A stretch of DNA of 64,000 nt. Origin: Geosiphon pyriformis uo1. Its lineage: Eukaryota > Fungi > Glomeromycota. Each line of letters begins with the position of its first letter. Position 1 is the stretch's first letter. Below are positions 49,371 through 64,000 of this stretch, in pieces. Location of the stretch: assembly GCA_016748015.1 (NCBI GenBank), contig JAAOMT010000295.1, positions 992,001-1,056,000 of the forward strand. The letters run 5' to 3'. Under the pieces are notes generated by a model that was not told the origin of the DNA, made no database searches, and was given only the letters and a program-made list of their open reading frames with translations. The position numbers and the translations under genes are program-made.

Positions 49371-52300
49371 GTGTATTTTAATATTAGTAAATATATATTT
49401 TTCATTATACTTTGCTTTTAATTTAATTTACATTAATTTTTTTTTGAATAATTATAAAATTGAATTAAAATTCTTGATATCTTTTTAGAACATTCTATAA
49501 TTTTAAAATTTCGAAGGCTGAAAGATTAATAACTAAAGACAAAATTTTTGTCCCATTTTTTTAGGAAATTTTCGCGCAATGCTTTATCCGAAGTTAGAAA
49601 GTTTTTCTAATAGAAAAAAAAGTTGATAATATTATATATAGATTAAATTCATTGAACCAATGGGATTGGATAATTATTTAATTTCTTTTTTTCTTATTTC
49701 AGGTTTTAAATAATAGAATCTTATTTTTAAGCAAGTCTATTTTCAATCTAGCATGACTGCTTCCTCGGCCGAGTTAAAATTTAAGTTCATTGTGAAATCA
49801 GGTCTCTTTAATTTTTTTAGATTCAAAAATATTTTACAAGTTGCAAAAGTCTCGAACTTTTTTTTTTTTTTTAATTAGTAGATCATGCCAGGATCTGTTA
49901 TAACTTTTTTACTGTCACTCAAAATTTCAATGGTTCCTTTATTCAATCAAACAATTCTCATGCATTTAATAAAAACTAAAATAGAAGGTGTGAATATTTA
50001 CGCGGTTTTTTCTATATTTGTTTCATATTAAATATCATTTTTTTGATTTTTAATGCCGGATAAAATAAGAACCCGGCTAAGAATTTAACAACAATAATGA
50101 AAACAAAAAATTATGAATTAAATCAAAATACCCTTTAAAATTTTCAACTTTGTTTTAACAAAATTATGAACATTTAAAAATTTAAACTTTAAATTTATAA
50201 TTTAAGAATGATAAAACTCTTTTTAATGGATTATTTTTATTTATAAATTTGAAAAATATTTTAAATTTTTCATCAATTATAGATAGTTTAACAAAAATTA
50301 ATAATGAATTAAAAATTTTTCTTTATTCAATAAAAATCTTTATCCAATTAAAAATATTTCTTTTAATAATCAAATTTATTTTTTAAATTTTATTTTTGTG
50401 TTAATAGAAAATTTTGAAAAATGTAAAAAATATCTGTTGTCAGCTTTATTTTAATAAAAGCTATTTTTGACTTTTACATCAATGTTTAATCTTAAATAAA
50501 TAATCACAAATGTTAACTTTACTAATTTAATACGTTTCAAACTCTATTCTGTGTGTTCAAACCATTAATAATTATTATTTATGACAAGAACTTGTTAATC
50601 TTGATAGCACGGATCAAAAAACTCAATCTTTGTGTTAGGATATTAAAAATTTTTTTCCTTCTTAACCTGACTTCAACGATCGCAATAAAATTAATCGAAC
50701 AAATTTATATTTTTTAAAATATTTAACTTGTCATTGTTCAAACATAGAATAATAAAAATAATAAAAATAATAAAAATAATAGAGAGTGGCTAGTCTGTAT
50801 AACCCTAAACCTGGTCATCAATTTAAACCTGGTAATTTATTCTCTTTTTGTAAATTTGGGTGAGAATAAAATACAGCATTTTTACATAATAAAAATCATG
50901 AGATTCTTGTATACTGTTCGTATCAACCAGTATTTTTATTTCATCGGTAACTTTTGATTTATTAACTTTCTACGTGTAAACCGATTCTCGAACTACATAT
51001 TGCTCGAATCTGAAAATTGATCTTAATATATGTTCACACATTTATAAAAATATTAATACTGTAAATAAGAGAAATGCCATTGCGCGATTTCAACGCATCG
51101 ATTTTAGAATCCTGTAACCATACCATACCATATCACAATCAATAAATTTGTGTGATTCTTGATTAAAAATGCTTCCTAAAAAAAGATTTCATTGCGTGAT
51201 GGGTATAAATTTAAAGTCAAAGTAATCACTAATTGTTTTTGATTAGAAAAGTGAATAAAATTTTACATCACTTTAAATTTATTAAAAATTTAAATTTCAA
51301 ATTAAACAAATCCCTATGAAAATTAATTTAAATTTTCAAAAATTCAAGAAATTCTATTTCATTTTTTGATTATTTGTTTAATTAAAAAAATTCAACTAAA
51401 AAGACCCGATTTTATGTATTTTGACTTAATGAAAATGAAATTTGTCCAAATTATTGAAGAATAATTAAAAATAAATTTAAAATAAAATAAATTTCAATTA
51501 TTTTTCAAAATAAATATTTAATAATACACATGGAAATTTTTAAATAAAAAATTGTTTATGAGACTTTTTTTAATCCTAAAACTATTATCCTATTAATAAC
51601 TGAAATGCATGATCTAATGTTAAAAATAGTATGATGTCAGGATTTTCACTTTTCATCATCGATCTTAAAGTATGACACTTTCATAATTAGCAATTTATTT
51701 TGGAAACTTTCATTTTTAAAACAATAGATGTTAGTTTATATTATAAACGCAGTATTTAGAAAATTAAATACTGTTTTTCTTCATTAAAAATTCAAATATT
51801 AATGATGCAATCAAAGCAATATGTATGCATGTAATATTGAATTATCACTTTAATAACTAATTGCCTTTTAACTATACAACTTTTAAGTTGTTATGCTTCC
51901 AATCAATCATTGGAAGATTGAGTTATTAATATTTTCCACAAAACAGATCAGAACAGAACAGAACAGAATAGAAAATAAAGAAATTAAAAAATAATAATCA
52001 CTAAAGTTTTTCCGATTAAAATTTTTCTCTGAATATTCTTTTTTGCTACCGAGGATCTTTAAAATCAGGACCATACTTTGAGTTTTCACGACAGCCTATT
52101 TTTAGGTTTGTTGAGCAAAAATTTTCTTCTGCATATGTTACCAAAGCATGCTCTGAGTCCTCATGGATTAGACTGTGATTGCTTGATTGGGGAGTGGTGT
52201 AGCACAAGAAATGGTTGAAGAAAAACGGGATTTGAATTTTTTTACCCTTGGCGGTTCACACCTATAAGGAATTATTATTACATTACAGAAATTTGATAAT

Positions 52301-53489
52301 TTGCCTTCTGCTTTTTCAATAACTTCTAACTGATGGTAATAACCATTTTCTTGGCAATTAACTGTACATTTAGAAATGCTAATAACTATTTTCTTGGCAG
52401 GATTTTTTCCCGTTTTTTCTTGTAAAGTAAAGCAAGTTAGAGTTCATAATTATTTGCAAGTTGTAGATATTGTTTTGTATTTATATTTGTGATTCATCTC
52501 ATAATTATTATGGGTTTTAAGTTTATTGTGCAAAACATTTTAATTTGGCCATATGAATTGGAAAATTTTCATTTTTAGAAAAACATAGTGACCCTTGAAT
52601 TCATGACACTATTTTTTTTTTTCCAAAGTTTATAATTTTAATTTCTTTATTTCATATTTATATTTAATGCAAGATTATTAATGTTGAATTTTTTTCACAC
52701 ATACTTTTTGAGCTTTATCATGAAACACTAAAACTTTTGATGTATTATTAATCTAAATGTTCTTATTTAAATTATGATTAACCAATTTCATTTTTAAATT
52801 AATCTAATATTTTTTCCCATACAATATGACAATGTTTGAGTATTTTTTCCGAAAAAGTATTAATTTAAACAATTTAAAGCTGTTGTACAGGTTAAAGTTT
52901 CAAGTATCAAAATTAATGAAAAGGTGCAGTGTGAAATATTGAATATTTATTAAATATGTAAATTTTAAAATAATGAAAACATCATAAAATAACATTGTGG
53001 AAATAATTTTAGTATTATATAATATATATATTGAAAAACTTCAAACATGAGTAATCAATGATCAATTTTATTTCATTTTATTCTAACTTATTTGTTGTCG
53101 CAATTTTTTTTCTTTTTGTGATTTTTTAAAAATTTAGACAGAATATAAGTTCGCAGTTTTTTGGTAATTTGCACTACATAGCTGTGACCATTATCAATAG
53201 CATGCCTACAATGTGTCACACCATTGTGAATTATTGACGGGTGCAGATCAGATCTTTACCTTTTTTCTATATAACCAAAATTATCGACATTTCGATAATT
53301 CGAAAATAAATGTCACATTGAATGGCAAAATCTTTTTTCCTTTAAAAGGAAACAAGATGAAAGTTCATGCACAGATTTCGAAATCTGAGGAGATCTGGAA
53401 CGGGGTAGAACAATATAATAAGATTTTGTATGGTAAATTAAATAATTTTATACAGCATGTTTCCCAAAAATTTACAATGATTTTTTCAG

Positions 53490-53530
<41 letters not shown>

Positions 53531-56500
53531 CATGTAATTGATATAAATATTTTATTTCCATTATTTATATGGTAAGAAATAAAATGAAAGCATTTTGAAA
53601 AGTTTCTCGACTTCAATAACAAGAAATCAAGAGTATAAAATCGATTTCACCTTTTTTGGTACTTTTGTGATTTTGAAACACATTTTGAAAACCCTCAAAT
53701 AAACCCAGCCAAGTATCAAGGATCAAGATCTGTCTCAGAATTCTATTCAGAAAGATAATTTATATAAGATATCCGGTAAAATTCAGGTACAAGAGAACTA
53801 TAGCTGCAAACTTCGTATGAGATTTATTCGAGTTTAATTATTTTTGTGCAATTTCCGCGAGAACAAAGATAAATTTGGGGGTTTAAAATTTTTATGCACA
53901 CCAATTAATTGAGCTTTTTACCGGAGATGAATAAAATTTTCGATTGGATCATGTTCATGACCAGCTGATGCTAGATAATGGTATAATGGGTCGCAGTGAA
54001 GCAGGTTACATTGTTTAGATCCTGTATTAGACACATATTTTTGTTTTCAGAGTTTTTTCTCGTTCAAAATGCCAAATTTCATTTTCTATAAAATTCTAAA
54101 ATTAAACTGATATTAATCTAAGCCTAAAAACAAATAAAAAAACAAAAAACATATCTCGTTAATTTTTACATAAACTCTATTTCTATTAAAAATTTTCATG
54201 AGATAATAAGTTGAATTACCTTAACTTTTGGGTAATACCAGGTTTAAAAAATTCTAATACAATATAAAAGATTGACCTTACCGTGTAGGTCAAAGGATTG
54301 AAATGTTGTCCCATAGAAATTTTTTATGAGGTACAATCTTCCCAAAACTAACCAAAATTTTTAAGGGGATTAAACTTGTTCAGATATTCCAAAAGAAACA
54401 AAATGTCATTAATTTAGTGCAACATTCAAAGTTTCAAAATAACTTTAAATAAAATATATAGTTGAATCACAAATGAAATGCATGATCATCTGAAATCATT
54501 TTTTTAAAGAATTCTTTTTCAACTTTAAACTTAAAAGATTAAAATCTTGGCATTTTTTAAATTCGTCTTTGAATCCTTTTATTAAAATGAATAACTGATT
54601 CACAAATATCCTCACCCCTCTTCCACTTTGAAAGACGATTTCTCCTGATCAAAATTTGAAGTTAGGTTTAGAAAAAAATTCTTATGCTAGATATGTGAAT
54701 TTTAATATTTTTAGAAACCTTGCCTTTTTGACATTCAATTAAATTTAATGCGTCTCAAATTGAGGTATCATTTGCTCAGAACTAGATTTTTGCTTGCGTG
54801 TACTCACAAACATATGTGTAAGACCTAAAAAATAATTTCATAGATGCGGATATTCAACTCCTCAAAACCTTTAATTTTTTTAGAGTCTAATTTTTTACCA
54901 TTATAATGCACGAATCATATTCAAAGTATAATAGCAAGCTTCTGTCAAGATATTTAATAAAATTTTAAAGCTCATAGAACTTTAAAATTGCTACTTTTTC
55001 CTACTATTAGGAAAGAATGAATTCTGGTTTCACCTAAATTAAAAATAAATTAGCGAATAAAAATGCAGCTGCCCATGCTAATGTTTTTCTTTTATTATCC
55101 ACCAATGATTTCCATACAACCTATTACACAAATGATGGCTTGCTAATCTGGTTTGAAATTTTCTGCATCAAAGATATTTTATGTTTCCTGTTATTTATTC
55201 TAATTAACAGAAAGGTTTGATTTTGTGTAGAATTTGTTTTTTTTAAATATATTGGCTCTTAATTTGGTTTTATTTCTTAATTTCATATCGAATCAAATAT
55301 TAAATAAGGTGGTAAAATTTTAACATGTCTTTTCAAATTACACTCTCAAATTTCTATTTTTCTTAATGCAACATGCAAGTTTTAGAATAACGAGGATAAA
55401 ATTAATCTAATGATTGATGGATGTTATATTTATTTACTAAAAACTCTACACTATAAATGCTGGAAACGATAAGTGTATAATGAGATGGTGATAACACATC
55501 TATTTAGTATTTTTCAGTAAACAATATTATTTGTAGTAATTAGATTTGTATTCAAGGATTGTGAACATTACATAATTTATGCTGATTCATGACTTTTAAT
55601 ATCATTTCAAACTTGAAATTCTGATGTTGCAAATTGCTGTCTGAATTATAACAATTGAATAATGTATGAATTAACATTAACTGAATTTGTGACATAAAAT
55701 TTGCTTATAATGTTGTTATGTGGGTAATAACAAACTCTGAAAAGAATATGACTTTTATTTATGTTTATATTAAAATATAATACAATTAATAAATTAGATT
55801 ATTATAATTTAAAATGAGTTTTACTATTATAAATTGATCTTTGATCTTTCAATTTTTGAAAAAATAAAAATATTAACTGTGTTTTAAATTTTGCCAAAAA
55901 AATTTTTATTTATGCTAGTTAAAAATATACCTGTTTAAAGCTGTCAATAATTATTTTTATATCAATATATTATTAAGGATATTTTTGAGTTATGTTTTAT
56001 ATACAGATTAATTATTCTAAATTAATTTAATGTTTACTTTAATTAACGAATTTGTCATTTTTTATAAAACAAATAAAAAAGTTTATATTCAATATATATA
56101 TAAAGTTAAAGATGAACTTTTTATTTAAAATTGTGTACGTATAAATAATAATAAAAAGCTCTCAATAAACTCTTAAAAAACCCTTTTTTTTTAATCAAAT
56201 GACAATATTTAAGATGACATATTATTTTCTTAAAGATAAAATTTGCAAATCTTAATAATTGTTTAGTTTACAGTTTTACTTATTTTGTTGAATAATTTGT
56301 AGCTGTTATTATACTGGTTCAATATATATGAATTCTATTTTTAATTATAATAATGTATTATTATATTAATTAAATTCTTTGATTATCCCACTCCCACTTT
56401 CTTTGATGGTGGCAAAGACTTCCCCAAAGAGAATAAATGAATCAACAAAGATTATGAATACATTCTTTGAATAGTAGGGGTGTTTGCTGTTTTGATAATT

Positions 56501-57289
56501 TTAATTTATTTCAATCATATAAAACAATTCATTAATAAATATAAAAGGCAAATTATTTTATTGAATTTAGTTTTTTTTGGCATAAACGGCACCTTTTAAT
56601 ATATTTATTAAGTTTTTTTGTTACTGTAAATGTTAATATCTATTTTTATAGCTAGCTTTATTATTATTATCATTATTATTATTATTATTAGTTACTTTAT
56701 TATTATTTTTTATTAATCAGTATTATTTTTTATTTAATTATTTTATACTTATTTTTCCACTTGATTATTTTTTGAATTATATGATTGATATGAATATTCA
56801 CTTATGTTATAAATTACAACTTTTAAATTACATTTTAGTTTGTCAATTATCATATGTAATTTTTTTTAGTAATAAAATTTTAATTAATTAGTATTTTTTT
56901 GTTTGTTTTTGTCTTTAGTTCGAAGTCTATTAATTTACTTTAATAAAACATTTGTTTGATGATAGTATTTAAATTTAATTTTATAAAATGTTTATTGTCT
57001 AAATTTAAAGTAATTGTGTTTAAAAAATGTGTTTGAATCGTTATAATATATGGTTTTTATTTCTTAGTTGTAATTGTTTTTATAATCTGTTTTTCAAGTT
57101 ATTATCAAGGCTATTTATTTGTTTAAGAACTTGAAACGAATAGTTTGGTATTTTATTTTATTATTAAAATTTCTCAGTAATTTTGTTACAAAACAAACAT
57201 TTATTAGAATTAATTCAAATTTGACAATAAACTGTCATTTAAAAATAAATTATTATAATTTCTTACTATAGCTTTAAACTTTAAGTTTT

Positions 57290-57900
57290 ACAAATCTGCC
57301 ATGACTTATTGGCTGTTGAACACTTTGGAATTGATAATACTCTTAATTAATAGAATTTATGTTCAGCTTTGTGATATGTGTGCAAAAACAAAAACAACAA
57401 GACATTAAGCTTATGGATAATTGCAACCTAATTGACAATAAAAATTGATTTTCATGAATTATCCGCCGAATTCTAATGAGTATGATTTTATCTTAATTGT
57501 TGTTAACTAATTTACTAAAGTGCACATTTTCGGTTTGCAACAAAGCAATTATTGCTGTAAGATAATTTTATAATATGTAATAGAATTACATGATTTTTCA
57601 AATAATTATATTTCCTACTGTGTTTTATAATTTGCTTTCAAGTTCTGGTCTTAATCAAATTAATTAAAACAAAATCAACTTATTTACAGTATTTTATTTA
57701 TAAATTAAAGCTAAATAAAACAATTTAATCAAATTTTGAAATTGTATTTAAAATTTAAAATTAATTATTATTAAAACAATCGAAAAATCTTTTGCCTATC
57801 ACAAAATTGGCATATAATAACTCAATTTATGTTTTTACAAAAAACAGCATTTTTTGCAATCTATGACTATTATTTTAGATTTAATATACAATTTTTTTTA
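57290..57900 (+). pseudogene. Highly degenerate Ty3/Gypsy integrase remnant (different lineage from A and B)
   Basis: In order: ICHDLLAVEHFG, CDMCAKTKTTRH*AYG*LQP, IDF, ILIVVN*FTK, FAFKFWS, EQFNQIL-like, KLAYNNS. Many indels. Confidence 0.65.
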
Positions 57901-57999
57901 ACGAATAAATTTTGTAGCTATGAATTATAAAAACAATTTCAAAAAATTGCAATATATTCATTGGAAATCGAAAAATACACAATTTAAATACAAAAATTG

Positions 58000-60900
58000 G
58001 TTAATTAAAGATAACAAGAGCCTTTCAAATTCAAAAGTATTAATCAAATTTGGCTTTTTTAACATAATATTTATATTAATTAATTTTTAGAAAAGTTGGA
58101 TTTAAGAAACTCGGACCATTAAGTTTATTAATCAAATTATTTTGGTGGTTTATTATTACATTTTTACTATGTTTCCAATTCAAAATGAGGTTGATTATTG
58201 TTGGGTTCAGCTCTGAGATATCCATAAAATGCAGAATGCTGTTTTTAATAATTCCTTTAAAACACAATACATTTTATTTAACCAGTTCTTTGTTATAAAG
58301 CTTAATATTAAGTGATATTTATTATAAAAACCTCGGCAAAAAATAGCATTTTATTATAAACAAATTATAGTTTTGTTAATTTTTTGACCTAATTGAAAAA
58401 TGATAATATTTTGAGTTAAATTATTATTCAAATAACTTTAAGTAGTTTTTTGTTTGCTTTGATTTTAGTATACATAAAAAATAAATTTGTTTTTATTAAA
58501 AGTAATTTTACTGAATAATGTTAATGATGTTTTATATTTTTTTAAATTAAAAAAAACTGTTAAATCTTTGAATTAAACTGTATTTTCACTTTTAAAAACA
58601 TAATATTATAAATTTTTTGCATACTGTTAAGATTAAAACTTGAATTGAACTAAACATTAAATTTTGATCTGTTTAAATTTTGTTGCACTATTAGATTTTA
58701 ATTTATTTTTATTAAAATTGACTTTGAAATTTTTGATTTTATTTTTGTAAGGCATCTTAATATATTATCACATAGATGTAATTTTAAATCATATAGATAC
58801 AATTAGTGGCAATTTATGTGATGTTTATTTATCAAATTTGCAATTTTTATTATTAATAAAAATTGTTGTTGATATGAATAATAAATTTGAAATAATAAAT
58901 AATAAATAGAAAATACAAAAATAAATCAAATATTATAAATTGCATTTTGATTTATAAATAAGTTTATAATTTCTGAATTTTTTTCAGGTTTTCAATGTAA
59001 TTATTTTTAATAGTTAAATTAACCAGTTTGTGGTTTTTGGCAGATTCAAAGTTGCAAGTCATTTGTGATAAATTTAGATGTAGAATTTGACAGTTTTGAT
59101 CAATTTGTTCTTAAATGTATTGATTAAGAATTTGGGTTTTTGAATAATATTTTTTTAATAGCTTTAATTTAACACAGAATTTCGTTTAATTTGTGGAAGT
59201 ATTTAGTTTTTAATTAGTGAAATTTTTGTTTAAAATATAAATTTGTCTTGGGATTTAATAATAATATTGATATTGCAAAAGGTTTTGGTTTATTTTTTAA
59301 AGTTTAATACTGTTTGTTTGTAGTCTTTTCCGAAAAAATAAAATAATTTGTAAAATTTTGGTTTTGCTTCAATTATTTGTCTAAAAAGCTTTTTTAACAT
59401 ATTTAATACAAATTTGTATATTTATATTGTGATCTTCTTTAGTAAAATTTTTAAGCTTGATAATACAAAGTAAATAAATATTTTAATATTGAGCTTTTTG
59501 ACAAAAAATTATTGCTATTTTGAGTTTTTTTAAGTTAAATTCAACCGTTTTTGTGTTTTATTTTTTAAATGCATCGTTGGTTGCTTCTGTTATTTTCGTT
59601 TTTTTATGGTTAATAAATAGTTATCAATAGAATAGCTTTTGATTTATTTTTGTAAATAAACAAAAATAATTGCAAAAAATCAAAAAATTGAATAATTAAT
59701 TTGTTGAAAATTTTTTTGAAAGTAATTTTGATAATTAATATGTAAATGCTTTTTCAATATTAAATAATCTTCGGATATTTTAAAAGTTAATAGACTTTGT
59801 TTACCATTTTGTAAATAGTTTCTGTAAATCTTTGTCAAAACTTTTCGTTATTTGTTGAATTATAACTCTTAAAATGTTATAAAATGTTATAAATAGTTTG
59901 TAAATATTTTTAAAAATTTTTAGTTTTTTCTAATTGTTTATTAAAAACTGATTTTGTGAATTGTCTTTCTCAAAATATTATATTGTTGTTTTTGAATTTG
60001 TGCTGTAAACGAAACTGAATCGAATTAATAATAAAAATATCAAATAATTTTAAAAAACTTTGAAAAAAAAGTTGTTAACTTCTGAATTATTAATCAACTA
60101 TAATTTGTCAAAAAATTATAAAATTCATATAATTATAACAAATTTATAAAATTTGTTAAATAAAACAAAAAAATAATTTGTTTTAATAAATATTGAAAAG
60201 TTATTTATTGTATCAAATTTAATGTTGGAATACTTTCAAGATTTTTCAAAAAACTAAAAATTTTATATACACATAATTTGTATTATATAAATATTGAGAT
60301 TTTTTGACTTTAAAAAGAATTAATTCTTATTATTTTGTTTTTGAAATTGTTTTCTGGTAGATAAAATATTTTTTGGATTTTAAAATACTAAAATTTTACA
60401 CTAGAATATGTTTTTTGCAATACAATAAATGATTTTGATTACTTATGATTTTTGTTAATTTAATTAATTATTGAATTAAATACAGAACTAAGTAAAACAT
60501 AATACCAATTAATAATTTTGTTGAATAAGAACAGTATTTTTTCAAATTGAATTACTTTTTGAAAACAGTTTAAATTTTAATATAATTGATTCTAATAAAT
60601 CCATTAAAATTTGATGGGGGTTTGTGTTTTTTTTGCTGTTAAGTATAATTTAATAAATGTTACTTTTTGCTCAAAATTTAAATATGTTCTAAATAATTTT
60701 TAAATTTATTGTTATGTTCTTACTTTTAAGATAATACTACAACATTTAATTCAAAATTAAACACTTAATGTAAAAAATAAAAAGTTTATTGGAATTGGAT
60801 TACTTTAAAATTGGTTTTATAGTCAAAGTTTCTAAAAGTTCTTACTGATAAGTAATCAAACAATAATTAACATTTATTTTTAAAAATATGCAATTTCGGA

Positions 60901-63400
60901 TAATAAAAAGTTAATTCAAAAAACTATTTCATTTATTAATTACTTAAATTTTTAAACTTATTCAAGTTCGCAAAATTTGAAATTTATTTTGTGATAAAAT
61001 AACTAAAAAACCAAGAAAACTATTGTTTAAGAAAAGAGCCAATTGTATTGATTCAAAGTTCAACATTTTTGAAAAGTGTAAAACTTTTTGTAAATGTTCA
61101 AATATTAATTACAAGTTTTTAATCATAAACCATTCAAAAATTATGAGCATGAACTAATTTAAATAACATTATTGTAATAAAAAGTGTCCTTTAGTCTTTA
61201 TTTTTTCAAAATCTTGTTTTTTAAGAAAAATGAATAATATTCAATTGAACAAGATTTCATTAATTTAAAAAGCAAATATATATTATATTTTGTAATTGTA
61301 TTCAATTAATAAATTATTAATGTTAATTTTTTGTTTTCATTGTAAAAAAGGTGTTTTGCTCAATTATATAAATTCAAATGTTGAAAGGTTCATTTTCGAT
61401 AACTTTAAAACCTGTTTCATTTTTTATTATTAAATAAATTGTAATATGACCAACAAAAAAGGTTATTATTTATATCAGTTTTTTTATTATTTAAAAAAAA
61501 TTATTATTTGTAAATGCTATAAAGATTAATTCGAAAGTCTTTTTCACTTTTTTTATCGGTTTTATTTTTATTGGGTTTATTATTGTTTTTGACAATTAAT
61601 TTTTTTGTTCGACTTCAAATAAAGTATTATTTAACACACATTTAATTGTTTTTCAGATCAAATAGTCAATTCAAAAAGTTTAAAATTAAGTAAAGCTTTG
61701 TTTTTCTAATTCTGTTTGTTTTGTTAATTAAAAATTATTTAACCTATTTTTTTTACAATTTAACTGAAATTTTAAGTGTATTGTTTTACCTTTATTTATA
61801 TATTAAAATCTTGTTTATTATTATCATATTATTTTTAAAAAATGGTTTTTGAAAGAATCAAGTGTTAATTCTTTTTTTCAATAATGTAATATTGTTATAT
61901 ATTGCTTGGCAGTGAAAATTTTTTCGAATTTTTTTTTGAATTTTATGTATTATATTCTGAATTAAGAAAAAAATTATTTTGTTGTCTAAAATTAACTTAA
62001 ATGTCTTAAAAAATTATTATTATAAATTATAAGTTCAGATTTAATAATTTTTGAAAAGTGGTTTTTTTCTTGGAATTTATTTTACATTAGTTAAAAAATA
62101 ATTGCAATTTAGAAATATTTATTTTCTGTATTTGGAATAACTTAAAAAATTAATAAAAAATTATTCAAATAAGTAAAAAAATAGCAATCAATTAAAAAGA
62201 ATTAACTTAAATAATAAAAATTTGGTTATATATTTTGCAAAAAATAATTATTTAATAAACAATATTTGTAATTAAATTTAAGAAATGCAAAAAGAAAACA
62301 TAAAACTGTAACAATAGCACTATTTTTTATTAAAAAGTATAGATTTTTTTACATTTTTTTTGTAATATCTTAAAACTTATTTTTTTTATTTTGAAAAAAT
62401 TTATTTATTAGCACATATAATAATTGAACTTAAAAAGCTAATTTTGTATTTTTTTAAAGAAATGTTTTCACTGTCATTAAATAGGCAAAAAATAAATTAA
62501 GTAATAATAAAAAACATAGATCTAATAAATATAATACATAAAAATTTCAGATATTTTTTATTTTAAATAATACTTTTTAAAAAAATATTTATTTAAATAA
62601 AAATTTAAGACAAGATACATTTTTGAATTAGAAATGTTCATTAAAATCAATTCAGTTTTATATGTTATAACCAAAAGTTACAGTAAAATTTAATTTTTTT
62701 GTATATATATATATATATATATATATGTTAATATTTATAATCTTATTTTTTATTTTAATAATAACATTTTTTACAAATTACTTACCAATACACTTGGTTA
62801 ATAACAAAATACAAATTTTAAAAATATTTATATTTGCAATTAAAACTAAAAATTTTTAATTTTTATTTCCAAGAATTTATTAATTAAGTTTATTAATAAA
62901 ACAAATAATAACTAATATATAATTTTGTTAAATTAGCAAGAAAAAAATTATTTTTTAAAAATATTATAATTAAATATTTTTTACTTTTTTTATTTTTCGT
63001 AAGAAATATTCTATTATTTTTCTGTATATATATTGTTTCAATTTAATCCAATTCTTTAAGGATTTATTTTTCTATGTTTGTCTTGACAATATTTTACAAC
63101 TTTTTTAAAAAAATTAATTGTAGAACCAGTTTATAACTTATTGCATTGTTTTTTTAAACAATCTTATTAATGTGTTTAAAAAAAACATTTATTATTAAAA
63201 GTTAAGAAATAAAATAATTTATTAATAACATAAAACTTTTAAGAAAATAATAAATATATATATAAATATTTTTTAAAAACCCAATTTTGAAAATTTGAAA
63301 ATTTTCAGGTAAATTTTTGATTAAATACTTATTAGCACCCATATTTTTTTTAATTATATTATATTGAATTATGTTTAACTTTTTTAAGATTGATTACCAT
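58000..63400. other. AT-rich decayed TE-derived region, possibly including a LINE RT fragment on the minus strand near 58.1-58.3 kb
   Basis: Fossil-like composition. Weak ISLNIKLYN and GPSFLNPTFL resemblance to RT motifs. Confidence 0.35.
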
Positions 63401-64000
63401 TATTTTTGTATTATTTAAAAAAATATAAAAGTTGAGTCGTCAATTAATTTTTGGATAAGTTTTCAAATGGACGCTTTTTTAAAAATATTAAACATTAAAA
63501 AAACATATTTGGAAAATATCTACATCATAGTTAATATTTGATATGGAATATGGGGTCACAACAAAAGACTTTTTACGACTCTCCAACATAATAATATTGT
63601 TGTGTAAAAAAAATTACACAGTTAAACGAAATTGACAAAGGGAAGATTTTGATATACATGGAAACCATAAATCTCGTTAAAATCGCAAAAATGCTTGGAC
63701 GTGAGCCCACAATTATACGACCCATTATTTACAAGCAGCAAAGAACGAGAAAAAGTGAAAATTGACCACACCACAAATTCTCAGCAACAATGAAAAAAAG
63801 ATTTATTATTGTGTAAAGCCAAGGAAAAACGACATCACTTTACGAAATTTTCAACAATTTGGATCTACAAATCTAGTTTTTCAAGTGCTGCAAATGCACT
63901 CGACTTCATTTATGTATCGCAGCAAAAAAGCCTTATATCTCAGAAATGCTGCCTATACTCGTTTTAGTTAGTGCGAGTAAAATATCTTCTCTGATGAGAC

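Noticed and set aside
50055-50077. GCCGG-N13-CCGGC inverted repeat as a Helitron end or Zn2Cys6 site; also small hairpins at about 45761 and 54272
   Set aside because: Short isolated stems with no correctly spaced CTRR end or second copy. Expected by chance.
52040-52440. GC-richer stretch with open frames on the minus strand and a ~19-bp direct repeat
   Set aside because: No start, splice model or domain could be supported.
63762-63971. 69-aa ORF at the window end
   Set aside because: TTG start and no motif. More likely promoter or UTR of a gene beyond the window.

Overview
AT-rich eukaryotic DNA, most likely from a glomeromycotan (arbuscular-mycorrhizal-type) fungus. The TE families resemble those I recall from Geosiphon/Archaeosporales; this is inference, not a database result. 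Positions 1-37.3 kb form a layered transposon block. It holds a decayed Tc1 (DD34E) element and a full-length LINE (APE-RT-RNase H; 4045-28895). Ty3/Gypsy element A (4194-22135, + strand) is inserted into the LINE at its ORF1 start codon. Gypsy element B (9898-20073, - strand, carrying a dUTPase) is inserted into the integrase of A. After these comes an older, almost erased LINE of the same family, interrupted by an internally deleted pogo/CENP-B element. Positions 37.3-56 kb are a gene-poor host region with a 3-exon CipC-like (DUF3759) gene that the ORF track misses, a MATA-type HMG-box transcription factor and microsatellites. Positions 56-63.4 kb are again TE fossils. There are three main observations. 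(i) LTR pairs differ almost only by C>T/G>A transitions, enriched at TpC/CpC and CpG, and older layers are more eroded, which suggests a RIP-like deamination defence with an unusual context. (ii) Both Gypsy elements share an atypical layout: extra Cys-rich domains, an integrase that may be a separate ORF, and a homologous extra ORF in the env position. (iii) Element B carries a dUTPase.
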